Assembly: GCA_033720955.1 (NCBI GenBank) | Contig: JAWWBN010000001.1 | Location: 1 to 58,278, forward strand | Direction of reading: 5' to 3' | From: Thermoanaerobaculia bacterium | GTDB taxonomy: Bacteria; Acidobacteriota; Thermoanaerobaculia; Multivoradales; JAHEKO01 | DNA length: 58,278 nucleotides | In this document: in pieces, positions 8,308 through 17,783 of the stretch | Layout of the letters: each line of letters begins with the position of its first letter | Numbering within the stretch: position 1 is the first letter of the stretch | The notes under the pieces: model-generated | Told to the model about the DNA's origin: nothing | The model's database searches: none | The model's input: only the letters and a program-made list of their open reading frames with translations | Translations under genes and position numbers: made by a program

Positions 8308-9345
8308 CTACAGCGTGCGCGTTACCTTGCGGAGACGTCGCGGGTTCTCGGTGTCGTAGCCCTTGGCGCGCGTGAGGTGGTAGCTGAAGAGCTGGCCCGG
8401 GACGATCGCCACCAGGGGGCTCAGCCACTCTGGCAGGTCGCGCGGCAGCCTGAGCCCGGTCCGCGCCAGCGCCAGTGCCCGGTCCTCGTTCGACACCACC
8501 AGCAGCTCTGCCCGATGCTCCGCGGACAGCGTCTCGAGCAGCGCCAGGGCGTCGTCGAACACCGCGCCGGCGGGCGCCACCGCCAGCACCGGGAAGCCGT
8601 CGCCCACGATGGCGACCGGGCCATGGCGGAAGTCGGTGGAGGAGTACGGCTCGGCGACCACGTAGCTCAGCTCCTTGAGCTTGAGCGACCACTCGTAGGC
8701 GGTGGCGTAGTTGAAGCCGCGGCCGAGGACGACGCACTGGTCCATGTAGCGGTACCGCTCGGCGGCGGAAGCTATGACGTGGTCGAGGCCGAGCGCCTCC
8801 TCGACCAGTGCCGGCACGCGCTCGAGTTCGGAGAACAACCCCGCGTCGTCCCTCGACGCGGCGCACAGTAGCGCGATGGCGAGCAGCTGCGCCGTGTAGG
8901 TCTTGCTGGCGGCGACGGCCAGCTCCGGCCCGGCGCCGGTGTCCAGGACCATGTCGGCCGCAGCGGCCAGCGGCGAGGCGGAGTCGTTGGTGATCGCCAG
9001 CGTCAACGCGCCCTGCCGGCGGCCCTCCTCCACCACCCCGACGATGTCCGGCGACTGCCCGGACTGGGACACGCCGATGACGAGGGATCCGTCCAGACGC
9101 GGCGGCGTGCGGTAGACGGTGAACAGCGACGGCGCGGCCAGCGCCACCGGCAGGGCGTTGAGCGAGCCCCACAGATACTTGCCGTACACCGCCGCGTTGT
9201 CCGAGCTGCCGCGCGCGGCGATGAACACCGAGCGCACGCCGCGGCGCTGGATCGCCTCCGCGATCTCGCCGGCCGCGGCCCGCTGCGTGCGCAGCAGCCG
9301 TTCGAGCACCGCCGGCTGTTCGAAGATCTCCGATCTGAGCGTCAT
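8308..9345 (-). CDS. SIS-domain sugar-phosphate isomerase/deaminase (GlmS isomerase-domain-like; candidate glucosamine-6-phosphate deaminase)
   Basis: Start at ATG 9345 (MTLRSEIFEQP...); the longer upstream extension is Arg/Pro junk. 'FIAARGSSDNAA' and 'VSQSGQSPD' are SIS motifs, arranged in two SIS halves. Confidence 0.85.
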   Translation of the reverse strand: MTLRSEIFEQPAVLERLLRTQRAAAGEIAEAIQRRGVRSVFIAARGSSDNAAVYGKYLWGSLNALPVALAAPSLFTVYRTPPRLDGSLVIGVSQSGQSPDIVGVVEEGRRQGALTLAITNDSASPLAAAADMVLDTGAGPELAVAASKTYTAQLLAIALLCAASRDDAGLFSELERVPALVEEALGLDHVIASAAERYRYMDQCVVLGRGFNYATAYEWSLKLKELSYVVAEPYSSTDFRHGPVAIVGDGFPVLAVAPAGAVFDDALALLETLSAEHRAELLVVSNEDRALALARTGLRLPRDLPEWLSPLVAIVPGQLFSYHLTRAKGYDTENPRRLRKVTRTL

Positions 9346-9455
9346 GGTGAGCGCCGCCAGTGTACCCCCGCGGAACGGCTCGGGGGCGGCGGTAGCGGAG
9401 GCCGACTGCCCCTGGTAGGGTCCGGCCCACCGGGACCGCCGGAAGAGCACAACCG

Positions 9456-10415
9456 ATGAAGGGCGGAGCAATCGTCGGCATCGACCTCGGGGGCACGAAC
9501 GTCCGGGTGGGCAGGGTCCGTGGCGCCGAGCTCGAACAGGTCGAGGCACGCCAGATCTCCTCCGAGGCGGCCGCCGACCGGGTGCTGCAGGAGATCTTGG
9601 ACTCGGTCGACCGGGTCCTCGACGACACCGTCGTCGGCATCGGCTGCGGCGTCCCGAGCCTCGTCGACGTGGACCGGGGGACGGTCTATTCGGTCGAGAA
9701 CATTCCCTCCTGGAAAGAGGTACCGCTCGGGGACGAGCTCGAGGCACGCTACGGCATCGACGCCTTCATCAACAACGACGCCAACGCCTTTGCCGTAGGC
9801 GAGCTCTACTTCGGCAAGGCCCGTGGCTACCGTGACATCGTCGGCCTGACGATAGGCACCGGTCTGGGGGCCGGCATCGTGGTCGACGGTCGCCTGTACG
9901 GCGGCAGCAACTGCGGCGCCGGCGAGATCGGCGCGATGCCCTATCGCGGGCAGAAGATCGAGTCCTACTGCTCCGGCGAGTTCTTCCAGCGAGAGGCCGG
10001 TGAGGCCGGTCACCTGATCTTCGCCCGGGCCGAGCGGGGTGAGCCGGAGGCCCAGCGCCTCTTCCACCGCTTCGGCGTCGAGCTGGGGCACGCGATCTTG
10101 ACGGTGCTCTACGCCTACGATCCCGAGCTGCTGGTCCTGGGCGGATCCATCAGCAAGGCCTACCGCTGGTTCGAGGGCGGACTGCGGGAACGCTTGGCCG
10201 ACTACGCCTACCCGCACGCCCTCGAGCGGCTCGAGATCGCCGTCAGCGAGGTCGAGAACATCGCCGTCCTGGGGGCCGCCGCGCTCTATCTGGATGCCCG
10301 CGGTCCGGGGCGTGCGATGATCTCACGGCGGGGGGTGGGTGTGTCGGCCACCCGCCGAAGTCGTCCGGCGGCAGACCGGCGACAGCAGCGCCTCGAGCCT
10401 CGCCGGCAGCCATGA
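9456..10415 (+). CDS. ROK family sugar kinase (no N-terminal HTH)
   Basis: 'IVGIDLGGTNVRV', 'NDANAFAVGE' and 'GTGLGAGIV...CGAGEIGAM' are ROK motifs. The canonical CxCGxxGC zinc motif is not visible. The last ~40 aa are Arg-rich, so the true C-terminus is uncertain. Confidence 0.8.
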   Translation: MKGGAIVGIDLGGTNVRVGRVRGAELEQVEARQISSEAAADRVLQEILDSVDRVLDDTVVGIGCGVPSLVDVDRGTVYSVENIPSWKEVPLGDELEARYGIDAFINNDANAFAVGELYFGKARGYRDIVGLTIGTGLGAGIVVDGRLYGGSNCGAGEIGAMPYRGQKIESYCSGEFFQREAGEAGHLIFARAERGEPEAQRLFHRFGVELGHAILTVLYAYDPELLVLGGSISKAYRWFEGGLRERLADYAYPHALERLEIAVSEVENIAVLGAAALYLDARGPGRAMISRRGVGVSATRRSRPAADRRQQRLEPRRQP

Positions 10416-10477
10416 TCCGGCCCACCGCAAATCGGTCACCGGCCCGCCAATCTCGAGCCGGCAAGGGGAAGGAGAGG

Positions 10478-13120
10478 ATGAAGTCGATCGAGCCCCCCCG
10501 CGGAAGAGTAGGCGGCATCCCGGGGCTCCTGCTCCTCCCGCTGCTCGCCGTCGCCTGCGCGGCGCCTCCAGAGCCGACGCCCGATGCCACGCTCTTGCTC
10601 CGCGAGGGCTGGCGGATCGCACCCTCGGCAGCGGCGAGGGCGACGGAAGCCGAGATTGCGACCGCGGGCTTCGACACCACGGACTGGACGCCTACGCACG
10701 TGCCCTCCACAGTGCTGGCGGCGCTTGCCCGCAGCGGCCAGGTGGCCGACCCCTACTTCGGCAGGAACCTGGAGGCCATCCCGGCCGATCAGTTCCAGCA
10801 GCCCTGGTGGTACCGCACGGAGTTCGCCATCGACGAGCCCCCGGCCCCCGGCGCCCGCCTGGTCATCGAGGGGATCAACTACCGCGCCGACGTCTGGCTC
10901 AACGGCCGGAAGATCGCCGACCGGCAGGAGCTGGCGGGCGCCTTCCGCATGTTCGAGCTCGATGTCTCGTCGCACCTGGCCGTCGGCGTCAACGCTCTGG
11001 CGATCCGCGTTCACCCTCCGGAGCCGGGCGAGTTCACGATCGGCTTCGTGGACTGGAACCCGACCCCGCCGGACAGGAACATGGGCCTGTGGCGCGAGGT
11101 CAAACTGCGCCTCACCGGTGGGGTCGCGCTGGACGAGGTCTTCGTGCGCAGCGACGTGGACGTGCCGTCGTTGGAGACGGCCTCGGTGATCGTCTCCGCG
11201 ACCCTGCGCAACGATCTCGACCGGGAGGTCACGGCCGTCGTCGCGGCGACGATCGGAGAAGCCATCCGGATCGAGCACCGGGAGGTGCTGCCACCGCGGG
11301 AGAAGCGGCGGATCCAGCTCTCCCCGGACCGCTTCGAGCAGCTGGTCATCGACGAGCCGCGGCTGTGGTGGCCCAACAACCTCGGCGAGCCCCATCTCTA
11401 CCGGCTGGCGCTGTCGGTTGCGGTCGACGGCCGCGTCGCGGACCGGCAGGAGCTCTCGTTCGGGATCCGCCACGTCGAGGACTACCTCACCGAAGACGGT
11501 TACCGGGGCTACGCGGTGAACGGCAAGAAGGTGCTCATTCGGGGTGGCGGCTGGGTGGACGACCTGATGCTGGACGCCAGCGACCAGAACCTCGAAGACC
11601 AGATCCGGTACGTCGAGCACATGAACCTCAACACCATCCGGCTCGAAGGCTTCTGGGGCACCAGCCACGAGCTGTTCGATCTCGCCGATCGCCACGGCAT
11701 CCTGGTCATGGTCGGGTGGAGCTGCCAGTGGGAGTGGGAGGAGTATCTCGGTGGTCCGGTCGACGAGTTCGGTGGTATCGACACCCCCGCCGAGATGGAG
11801 CTGATCACCCGCTCTCTGCGCGATCAGGTGGTCTGGCTGCGCAACCACCCGAGCGTCCTGGTCTGGGTGCTGGCCAGCGACATGTTGCCGCGGCCGGAGC
11901 TCGAGACCCGCTACCGCACGGCGCTGTCGGAGACGGATCCGACCCGGCCGGTGCTCGCCTCGTGCGCGGCCGACGCCAGCGAGGTCAGCGGGCCGAGCGG
12001 CGTCAAGATGAACGGCCCGTATGAATGGGTGCCGCCCAACTACTGGTATCTGGACCGGCAGCGCGGCGGCGCCTACGGCTTCAACACCGAGACCGGCCCC
12101 GGGCCGCAGCCGCCGCCCGCCGGGAGCATCCGCCGGATGATGCCGAGGGAGAACTGGTGGCCGATCGACGAGATGTGGGAGTACCACTGCGGCCGCAACG
12201 AGTTCAATACGCTGGACCGCTACAAAGAGGCTCTCGACAACCGTTACGGGTCGGCTGGTGATCTCGAGGAGTTCGCGCGCCTGGCGCAGGTGGCCAACTA
12301 CGAGGGGATGCGGGCCATGTTCGAGGCCTTCTCCATCCGGCGCCCCGCCACCACCGGGATCATCCAGTGGATGCTCAACTCGGCCTGGCCGGAGATGTAC
12401 TGGCAGCTCTACGACCATTATCTGGTGCCCAACGGGGCCTTCTACGGCGCCCGTGACGCGTCGCGGCCGGTGAACATCGCCTTCGACTACGAGAACCGCG
12501 GCGTCATCGTGGTGAACGACACGCTAGCTCCACTGGCCGGCGTCACCGCCCGGGTGCGGGTCTTCGATCTCGATTCCCAGGTTCTGTTCGACGAGTCGTC
12601 GGGCCTGGACGTGCCGGCCGGGGCTCTGCGCCGGCTCCTCACCGTGCCGCCGGTCTCTCCCGACGGCAAGAGCTATTTCGTCGATGCCCGGATCGCGGCC
12701 GGCGACGGCTCGCTGGTGGCCTCGAGCCTCTACTGGCTCTCCACCGAGGACGATGTTTCCGACTGGGACAACTCCGAGTGGTTCTACACGCCGACGGCGA
12801 GCTACGCGGACCTCACCGGTCTCGCCCGGATGCCGACGGTGGAGCTCGACGTCGAGCACCGGTTCGAGGAGAGCGCCGCCGGCGGCCGGACGCTCCTGGT
12901 CAGCCTCGAGAACCCCTCCGACAAGCTGGCCTTCTTCATCGAGCTGCGGGTCGTCGGCGCCGAGTCGGGGCAGCTCGCGGCCCCGATCCTGTGGAGCGAC
13001 AACTACATCTCGCTCCTCCCCGGCGAGCGGCGGCAGGCCCGCGCAGAGCTCCCCGCTCATGCCCTGGCCGGCGAGGCGCCGGTCTTCCACTACTCCGGGC
13101 TCAACGTCGGCGGTGGCTGA
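10478..13120 (+). CDS. glycoside hydrolase family 2 protein, exo-beta-D-glucosaminidase (CsxA)-like; secreted
   Basis: ATG at 10478 follows GGAGAGG. Signal peptide 'LLLLPLLAVACAAP'. GH2 sugar-binding region 'PWWYRTEF...INYRADVWLNG'. 'DWNPTPPDRNMGLWREV'. 'NHPSVLVWVLASDMLP' sits where classical GH2 enzymes have NHPS..W..GNE. Confidence 0.8.
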   Translation: MKSIEPPRGRVGGIPGLLLLPLLAVACAAPPEPTPDATLLLREGWRIAPSAAARATEAEIATAGFDTTDWTPTHVPSTVLAALARSGQVADPYFGRNLEAIPADQFQQPWWYRTEFAIDEPPAPGARLVIEGINYRADVWLNGRKIADRQELAGAFRMFELDVSSHLAVGVNALAIRVHPPEPGEFTIGFVDWNPTPPDRNMGLWREVKLRLTGGVALDEVFVRSDVDVPSLETASVIVSATLRNDLDREVTAVVAATIGEAIRIEHREVLPPREKRRIQLSPDRFEQLVIDEPRLWWPNNLGEPHLYRLALSVAVDGRVADRQELSFGIRHVEDYLTEDGYRGYAVNGKKVLIRGGGWVDDLMLDASDQNLEDQIRYVEHMNLNTIRLEGFWGTSHELFDLADRHGILVMVGWSCQWEWEEYLGGPVDEFGGIDTPAEMELITRSLRDQVVWLRNHPSVLVWVLASDMLPRPELETRYRTALSETDPTRPVLASCAADASEVSGPSGVKMNGPYEWVPPNYWYLDRQRGGAYGFNTETGPGPQPPPAGSIRRMMPRENWWPIDEMWEYHCGRNEFNTLDRYKEALDNRYGSAGDLEEFARLAQVANYEGMRAMFEAFSIRRPATTGIIQWMLNSAWPEMYWQLYDHYLVPNGAFYGARDASRPVNIAFDYENRGVIVVNDTLAPLAGVTARVRVFDLDSQVLFDESSGLDVPAGALRRLLTVPPVSPDGKSYFVDARIAAGDGSLVASSLYWLSTEDDVSDWDNSEWFYTPTASYADLTGLARMPTVELDVEHRFEESAAGGRTLLVSLENPSDKLAFFIELRVVGAESGQLAAPILWSDNYISLLPGERRQARAELPAHALAGEAPVFHYSGLNVGGG

Positions 13121-13182
13121 CCACCCGAGCGAAACGAAGCCCAGCCCGCCCGCGGCTTGAAAGAGAGGAAGGAGCGATCCCC

Positions 13183-14466
13183 ATGAAGGAACGGTACCCG
13201 CTCATCGTGATTCTGGTGTTCGCGATCTTCTTCGTGATCTCGTTTCTCACCAACATCCTGGGCCCGCTCGTCCCCGACATCATCACCGGCTTCGACCTCA
13301 GCCTGGCGCTGGCGGGTTTCCTGCCTTTTGCCTTCTTCGTCGCTTACGGCGTGATGTCGATCCCGGCCGGCATGCTGCTGGAGCGCTTCCGCGAGAAGCC
13401 GGTGATTCTCGCCGCCTTCGCCCTCGCCTTCTGCGGCTCGCTCTTCTTCGCCTCCCGGCCCACCTTCGGTGTCGCGCTGATGTCCCTGTTCGTGATCGGC
13501 ATCGGCATGACGATGCTCCAGGTCGCCATCAACCCTCTGCTGCGAGCGGCCGGGGGCGAGGAGCACTTCGCCTTCAACTCGGTCGTCGGACAGCTCATCT
13601 TCGGCTCTGCGTCGTTCCTCAGCCCGTGGGTCTACTCCTACCTGGTCACCAACCTCGACGGCTATCGCGGCGGCGGCAACTTCGTGCTCGAGATCCTCGC
13701 GCCGCGGGTTCCCGCCGCTCTGCCCTGGGTCTCGCTCTATTGGGTCTTCGCCCTGGTGTCGCTGATCATGGTGGTCGTCATCGCCTGGGTGCGGCTGCCG
13801 CGCTTCGAGCTCAAGGAGGACGAGCGCGCCGGCGCCTGGACGGTCCATCGCGAGTTGCTCAAGAACCGCGTCGTGCAGCTCTACTTCTTCGGCATCTTCT
13901 GCTACGTCGGCTCCGAGCAGGGCGTCGCCAACTGGATCTCGAAGTTCCTGCACACCTACCACGGCTTCGACCCGCAGGTGGAGGGCGCCCACGCCGTCGC
14001 CTACTTCTGGGGTCTGCTGACCGCCGGCTGCCTCCTCGGCCTCGTTCTGCTCAAGCTGTTCGACTGCCGCAAGGTGCTGATCGCTTTCTCGGCAGCCGCC
14101 ATCGCCAGCCTGACCCTCGCGCTGTTCGGCGGCGCCCAGGTCTCCTACTACTCGTTCATGATGGTCGGCTTCTTCCTGTCGGTGATGTGGTCGGTGATCT
14201 TCTCGCTCGCCCTCAACTCGGTCGCCCAGCATCACGGGTCGTTCTCGGGCATCCTGTGCACCGGCATCGTGGGCGGCGCCATCGTGTCGCTTCTGGTCGG
14301 GTGGCTCGGCGACCGCTTCGGGCTGCGCGCCGGCATGACCGTGCTCTACCTGACCCTGGGCTACATCCTGGCGATCGGCATCTGGTCGCGGCCGTTGATC
14401 GACAACGCCACCGTGAGCCTCTCGGAGCTGTCCGCGTCGCTGTTCCGCCGCCGCCCGGCGTCCTGA
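13183..14466 (+). CDS. MFS sugar transporter (FucP / glucose-galactose transporter-like)
   Basis: ATG at 13183 follows AGGAAGGAG. 12-TM-type hydrophobic pattern, 427 aa. It follows the GH2 gene by 62 nt. Confidence 0.8.
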   Translation: MKERYPLIVILVFAIFFVISFLTNILGPLVPDIITGFDLSLALAGFLPFAFFVAYGVMSIPAGMLLERFREKPVILAAFALAFCGSLFFASRPTFGVALMSLFVIGIGMTMLQVAINPLLRAAGGEEHFAFNSVVGQLIFGSASFLSPWVYSYLVTNLDGYRGGGNFVLEILAPRVPAALPWVSLYWVFALVSLIMVVVIAWVRLPRFELKEDERAGAWTVHRELLKNRVVQLYFFGIFCYVGSEQGVANWISKFLHTYHGFDPQVEGAHAVAYFWGLLTAGCLLGLVLLKLFDCRKVLIAFSAAAIASLTLALFGGAQVSYYSFMMVGFFLSVMWSVIFSLALNSVAQHHGSFSGILCTGIVGGAIVSLLVGWLGDRFGLRAGMTVLYLTLGYILAIGIWSRPLIDNATVSLSELSASLFRRRPAS

Positions 14467-14543
14467 TCGGGTCGTTCGACCGCGGCCCGTCTGGGCTCAG
14501 TCCTCGTCGGCGTCTCGCGGGCGGGTGGTGCCCGACCAGGGCC

Positions 14544-15956
14544 CTACGGGAAGATCCCCAGATCCTCGTAGCAGAGGGCGATCTTGTCGATGGCGTTGAT
14601 GAACGCCGCCGTCCTCAGGTCGGCCTTCTCGCCGTGGCGCTCCCAGATCTCGTGGATCTGCTGGTAGGCCACCACCATGGTCTCCTCCAGGCCGGAGTTC
14701 ACCAGGTCCACCTCGCTGGCGCCGGTGGTCAGTCGCTGGATCTTCTCCTCGGAGAAGGGCAGCCCGGTGTGGGCCGAGACCGCCTCGAGCAGACCGCGGT
14801 AGGCGCGCTCGTCGAAGCGCTTCTCCATGCGCCCGAAGCGGACGTGCGAGAGGTTCTTGACCCACTCGAAGTAGGAGACCGTCACGCCGCCGGCGTTCAG
14901 GTAGGTGTCGGGGATCACCAGGGCGCCCTTGGCGTCGAGGATCTCGTCGGCCTCGGTGGTAGTGGGGCCGTTGGCCGCCTCGGCGATGATCTTGGCCTGG
15001 ATCCGCGGCGCGTTGTCGCGGGTGATCTGGTTCTCCAGCGCGGCCGGCACCAGGACGTCGCAGTCGAGCTCCAGCGCGTCGAGGGAGCGCGGCAGGTCCG
15101 TGGCGCCGGGGAACCCGAGAATCGATCCGGTGTCGCGGCGGTGGGCCAGCACCGCCTCGAGGTCGAGACCCTCCGGCCGGTGGATGGCGCCCTCGTACTC
15201 GGCCAGACCCACCAGCACCGCCCCCGCCTCCCGCAGGTAGAGCGCGGCGTGGTAGCCCACGTTGCCCAGCCCCTGGACCACGCACCGCTTCCCCTCGATG
15301 CCGGTGGGCAGCCCGATCCGCTTCATGTCGTCGTCGCGCTTGACGGCCTCGGAGATGCCGAAGAAGACCCCGCGCCCCGTGGCCTCGGTGCGGCCGCGGA
15401 TGCCGCCCTGGGCCACCGGCTTGCCGGTGACGCAGGCGAAGGAGTTGAGCTCGCCGCCGGTGAGGGTGTTGTAGGTGTCCACGATCCACGCCATCTCCCG
15501 CGATCCGGTGCCGTAGTCGGGAGCGGGCACGTCCACTCCGGGGCCGAGGAAGTTCTTCTTCAGCAGCTCGAAGGCGTAGCGGCGGGTGATGCGCTCGAGC
15601 TCGGCGTCGGAGTACTTCCGCGGGTCGATCTTGATGCCGCCCTTGGCGCCGCCGAAGGGCACCTCCACGATGGCGCACTTGAAGGTCATCAGCGCCGCCA
15701 GCGCCCGCACCTCGTCCTCGTTGACGTGGGAGCTGTAGCGGATGCCCCCCTTGGTGGGCAGCTTGTGGTGGCTGTGCTCGGCGCGCCAGGCGTAGATGGT
15801 CTCGATGGAGCCGTCGTCCCGCAGCAGCGGGAAGCTCACGTGGTACACCGAGTTGCACTCGCGGATCTGCTGCAGCAGCCGCGGATCGTGGTCGGTCAGC
15901 CGGGCGGCGCGGTCGAAGCTCGACCCCACCTGGGCCGAGAAGCTCACCTTCGCCAC
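14544..15956 (-). CDS. Glu/Leu/Phe/Val dehydrogenase family protein (glutamate dehydrogenase)
   Basis: '[44 protein letters not shown]' (catalytic Lys box). Rossmann '[12 protein letters not shown]'. Confidence 0.9.
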   Translation of the reverse strand: MAKVSFSAQVGSSFDRAARLTDHDPRLLQQIRECNSVYHVSFPLLRDDGSIETIYAWRAEHSHHKLPTKGGIRYSSHVNEDEVRALAALMTFKCAIVEVPFGGAKGGIKIDPRKYSDAELERITRRYAFELLKKNFLGPGVDVPAPDYGTGSREMAWIVDTYNTLTGGELNSFACVTGKPVAQGGIRGRTEATGRGVFFGISEAVKRDDDMKRIGLPTGIEGKRCVVQGLGNVGYHAALYLREAGAVLVGLAEYEGAIHRPEGLDLEAVLAHRRDTGSILGFPGATDLPRSLDALELDCDVLVPAALENQITRDNAPRIQAKIIAEAANGPTTTEADEILDAKGALVIPDTYLNAGGVTVSYFEWVKNLSHVRFGRMEKRFDERAYRGLLEAVSAHTGLPFSEEKIQRLTTGASEVDLVNSGLEETMVVAYQQIHEIWERHGEKADLRTAAFINAIDKIALCYEDLGIFP

Positions 15957-15980
15957 GGGAGCTCCGCGGGCGACGGACGG

Positions 15981-17618
15981 TCATCTCTTGATTCGCGCAC
16001 CGGCCTCCTCCTCCGCGAGGATCCAGCCCACCAGCTTGCCGGGCTGGATCTCCGCGTCCTCGTTCCAGAACCGTCGGCCGCGCAGCCGCCGGCTGGAGGT
16101 GTCGTCTTCGGGGATCTCCTCGATCTCCGCCTCGATCGTATGGAAGCGCTCGACCCATCGGGCGCAGTTGGCCTCGCGCAGGTCCACCCAGCCGTCGCGC
16201 GCCCAGCGCTCCAGCCGCTCCGGGGTGACGGGCAGCTCGTCCGCGCCCTCCGGCACGATGACCCGCGGCCCGCGCAGCAGCTCGCCGTTGCGCAGCAGGA
16301 TGGGGATGCCCACCGACGCCACCTCGCGGCCGATCCGCGGGCGCTCCCGCACCAGCCGGTCGAGCCGCTCGCCCACCTCCTCCACGGTCAGGCTGCGCAC
16401 GGCGGTCATGGTGCCGAAGGCCTCCCGCAGCAGGTGGGCCTCGAAGAGGAGCTTGGAGTTGCGCGGTGGCCCCAGCATCTCGAAGGCCACGCTGCGGGCG
16501 GCCCGGGGGCCGGCCTCGCGCTCGAGCTCAATCATCCGCTCGAGGGCCCAGTGCCGCATCAGCCCGGCCCGGTAGGTGGGCCCCATCACCGCGTTGTCCA
16601 GGGCGTTGATGATGTCGTGGCCGGTGTTGCGGCCCTCGATCTCGAACACCAGGTTCCTGGCGATCTCCTCGGGGGTGACGAACTCCATCTGCTCGGCGGT
16701 GGTGAGGAGGGCGAACTCCTCCAGGGAGAAGATGCCGTTCTCGCCAGTGTCGATGTAGGTGGTCTCCAGGATCTCGTCGGTGTCGCGGGCCACCCTCTCG
16801 TCGTGGGTGGAGAAGGTCTCGCCCAGGGGCGCCGGCTCGGCGTCGGTCAGGTAGATGGGCTCGCGCTTGCGGTAGATCGGCCCGCGGGCGATCTTCTTCC
16901 AGGCGATGGCCGCCGCCGGCTTGATCTCCTTGGTGATCGGAGCGCCCGGGGTGCGGGCCATCAGGAAGAGGAGCATGGAGTGGGCCCCGGCGACGGCGCT
17001 CTTCGACAGCAGGGTGCGGCTGGGCTTCTCCTCGGAGTGGGTATAGGGGATGTTGAGCCCCATGCCGCCGGTGCCGCTGGTGCCCACCTTGATGTAGACC
17101 GCGGTGCCGGCGTCGATCATGCCGCGGTAGAGGACCTGGATGTGGCGGATGAGCCGCGGGATGTAGAGCGCCTCGAGCACCCGCTGCGCCTCCTCCTCGC
17201 TCTCGGCGAGCCGGTCGAGCCGCCCCCAGAGGTCCTCGGCGGCGCGGTAGACGTTGCGGTAGGCGATCGCGGTGGCCGTGTTGACGCAGTCGATCACGAT
17301 CTCCGGCTCGATGCCGGTGAGGAGACGGTAGAGGGAGAAGTCGGGGAGGTGCTCGTCGGCGAGCTGCCGCAGGCTGGCGCCGATCGCGTCGCGCCGCGAC
17401 ATCTCCCGCTCGAAGCCCAGGATGTCGCCGCTCGAGGTCGTGATCACGGTGTCGCCCGCTTCGGGCAGCAGCTCCTCCCGCGCCTCCTCCGACTCCTCGG
17501 GGCGCAGGCTGTGGATCCGGATCTCGGCCGGGGAGCGGGCCAACAGCTCCCGGCAGACGGCCAGTCCGACCAGTCCGGAGCCACCCAGGACGAGAATCCT
17601 GCTCTTCTTGATCTGCAT
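15981..17618 (-). CDS. uncharacterised 545-aa protein with an N-terminal NAD(P)-binding Rossmann fold
   Basis: '[18 protein letters not shown]' is a GxGxxG Rossmann motif. I recognise nothing in the remaining ~450 aa ('[22 protein letters not shown]'). The stop is 24 nt upstream of the GDH start on the same strand. Confidence 0.75.
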   Translation of the reverse strand: MQIKKSRILVLGGSGLVGLAVCRELLARSPAEIRIHSLRPEESEEAREELLPEAGDTVITTSSGDILGFEREMSRRDAIGASLRQLADEHLPDFSLYRLLTGIEPEIVIDCVNTATAIAYRNVYRAAEDLWGRLDRLAESEEEAQRVLEALYIPRLIRHIQVLYRGMIDAGTAVYIKVGTSGTGGMGLNIPYTHSEEKPSRTLLSKSAVAGAHSMLLFLMARTPGAPITKEIKPAAAIAWKKIARGPIYRKREPIYLTDAEPAPLGETFSTHDERVARDTDEILETTYIDTGENGIFSLEEFALLTTAEQMEFVTPEEIARNLVFEIEGRNTGHDIINALDNAVMGPTYRAGLMRHWALERMIELEREAGPRAARSVAFEMLGPPRNSKLLFEAHLLREAFGTMTAVRSLTVEEVGERLDRLVRERPRIGREVASVGIPILLRNGELLRGPRVIVPEGADELPVTPERLERWARDGWVDLREANCARWVERFHTIEAEIEEIPEDDTSSRRLRGRRFWNEDAEIQPGKLVGWILAEEEAGARIKR

Positions 17619-17633
17619 CTTCTCTGGGCTGTG

Positions 17634-17649
17634 GGCGCGACTTCGCGCC
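17634..17649. promoter_or_regulatory. 16-bp palindrome GGCGCGA-CT-TCGCGCC in the 5' region of the 545-aa/GDH operon
   Basis: Perfect 7+7 inverted repeat. It lies between a TAGACT -10-like box (minus strand, 17669..17664) and the ATG at 17618. Confidence 0.3.
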
Positions 17650-17783
17650 GCGGCGATGCTCCCAGTCTACCCCAGCGACCGGCCTCCGCCCCGCCTGCCG
17701 AGGGGTGGCCCGGCCGCGCCACACAGCGGTACACTCGACCCTCCGACCCGTCCCTCCGAAACGCATCCGACCGAGGTACCGGC

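Noticed and set aside
10290-10415. The Arg-rich ~40-aa C-terminal tail of the ROK kinase, considered as a possible frameshift or fusion artefact, or as the start of a longer GH2 ORF (ATG 10412).
   Set aside because: The ORF is continuous, and I have no evidence of a sequencing error. For the GH2 gene, ATG 10478 has a strong SD (GGAGAGG) and starts directly with a signal peptide, so I used that start. The ROK tail may simply be a disordered extension; orthologue alignment would decide.
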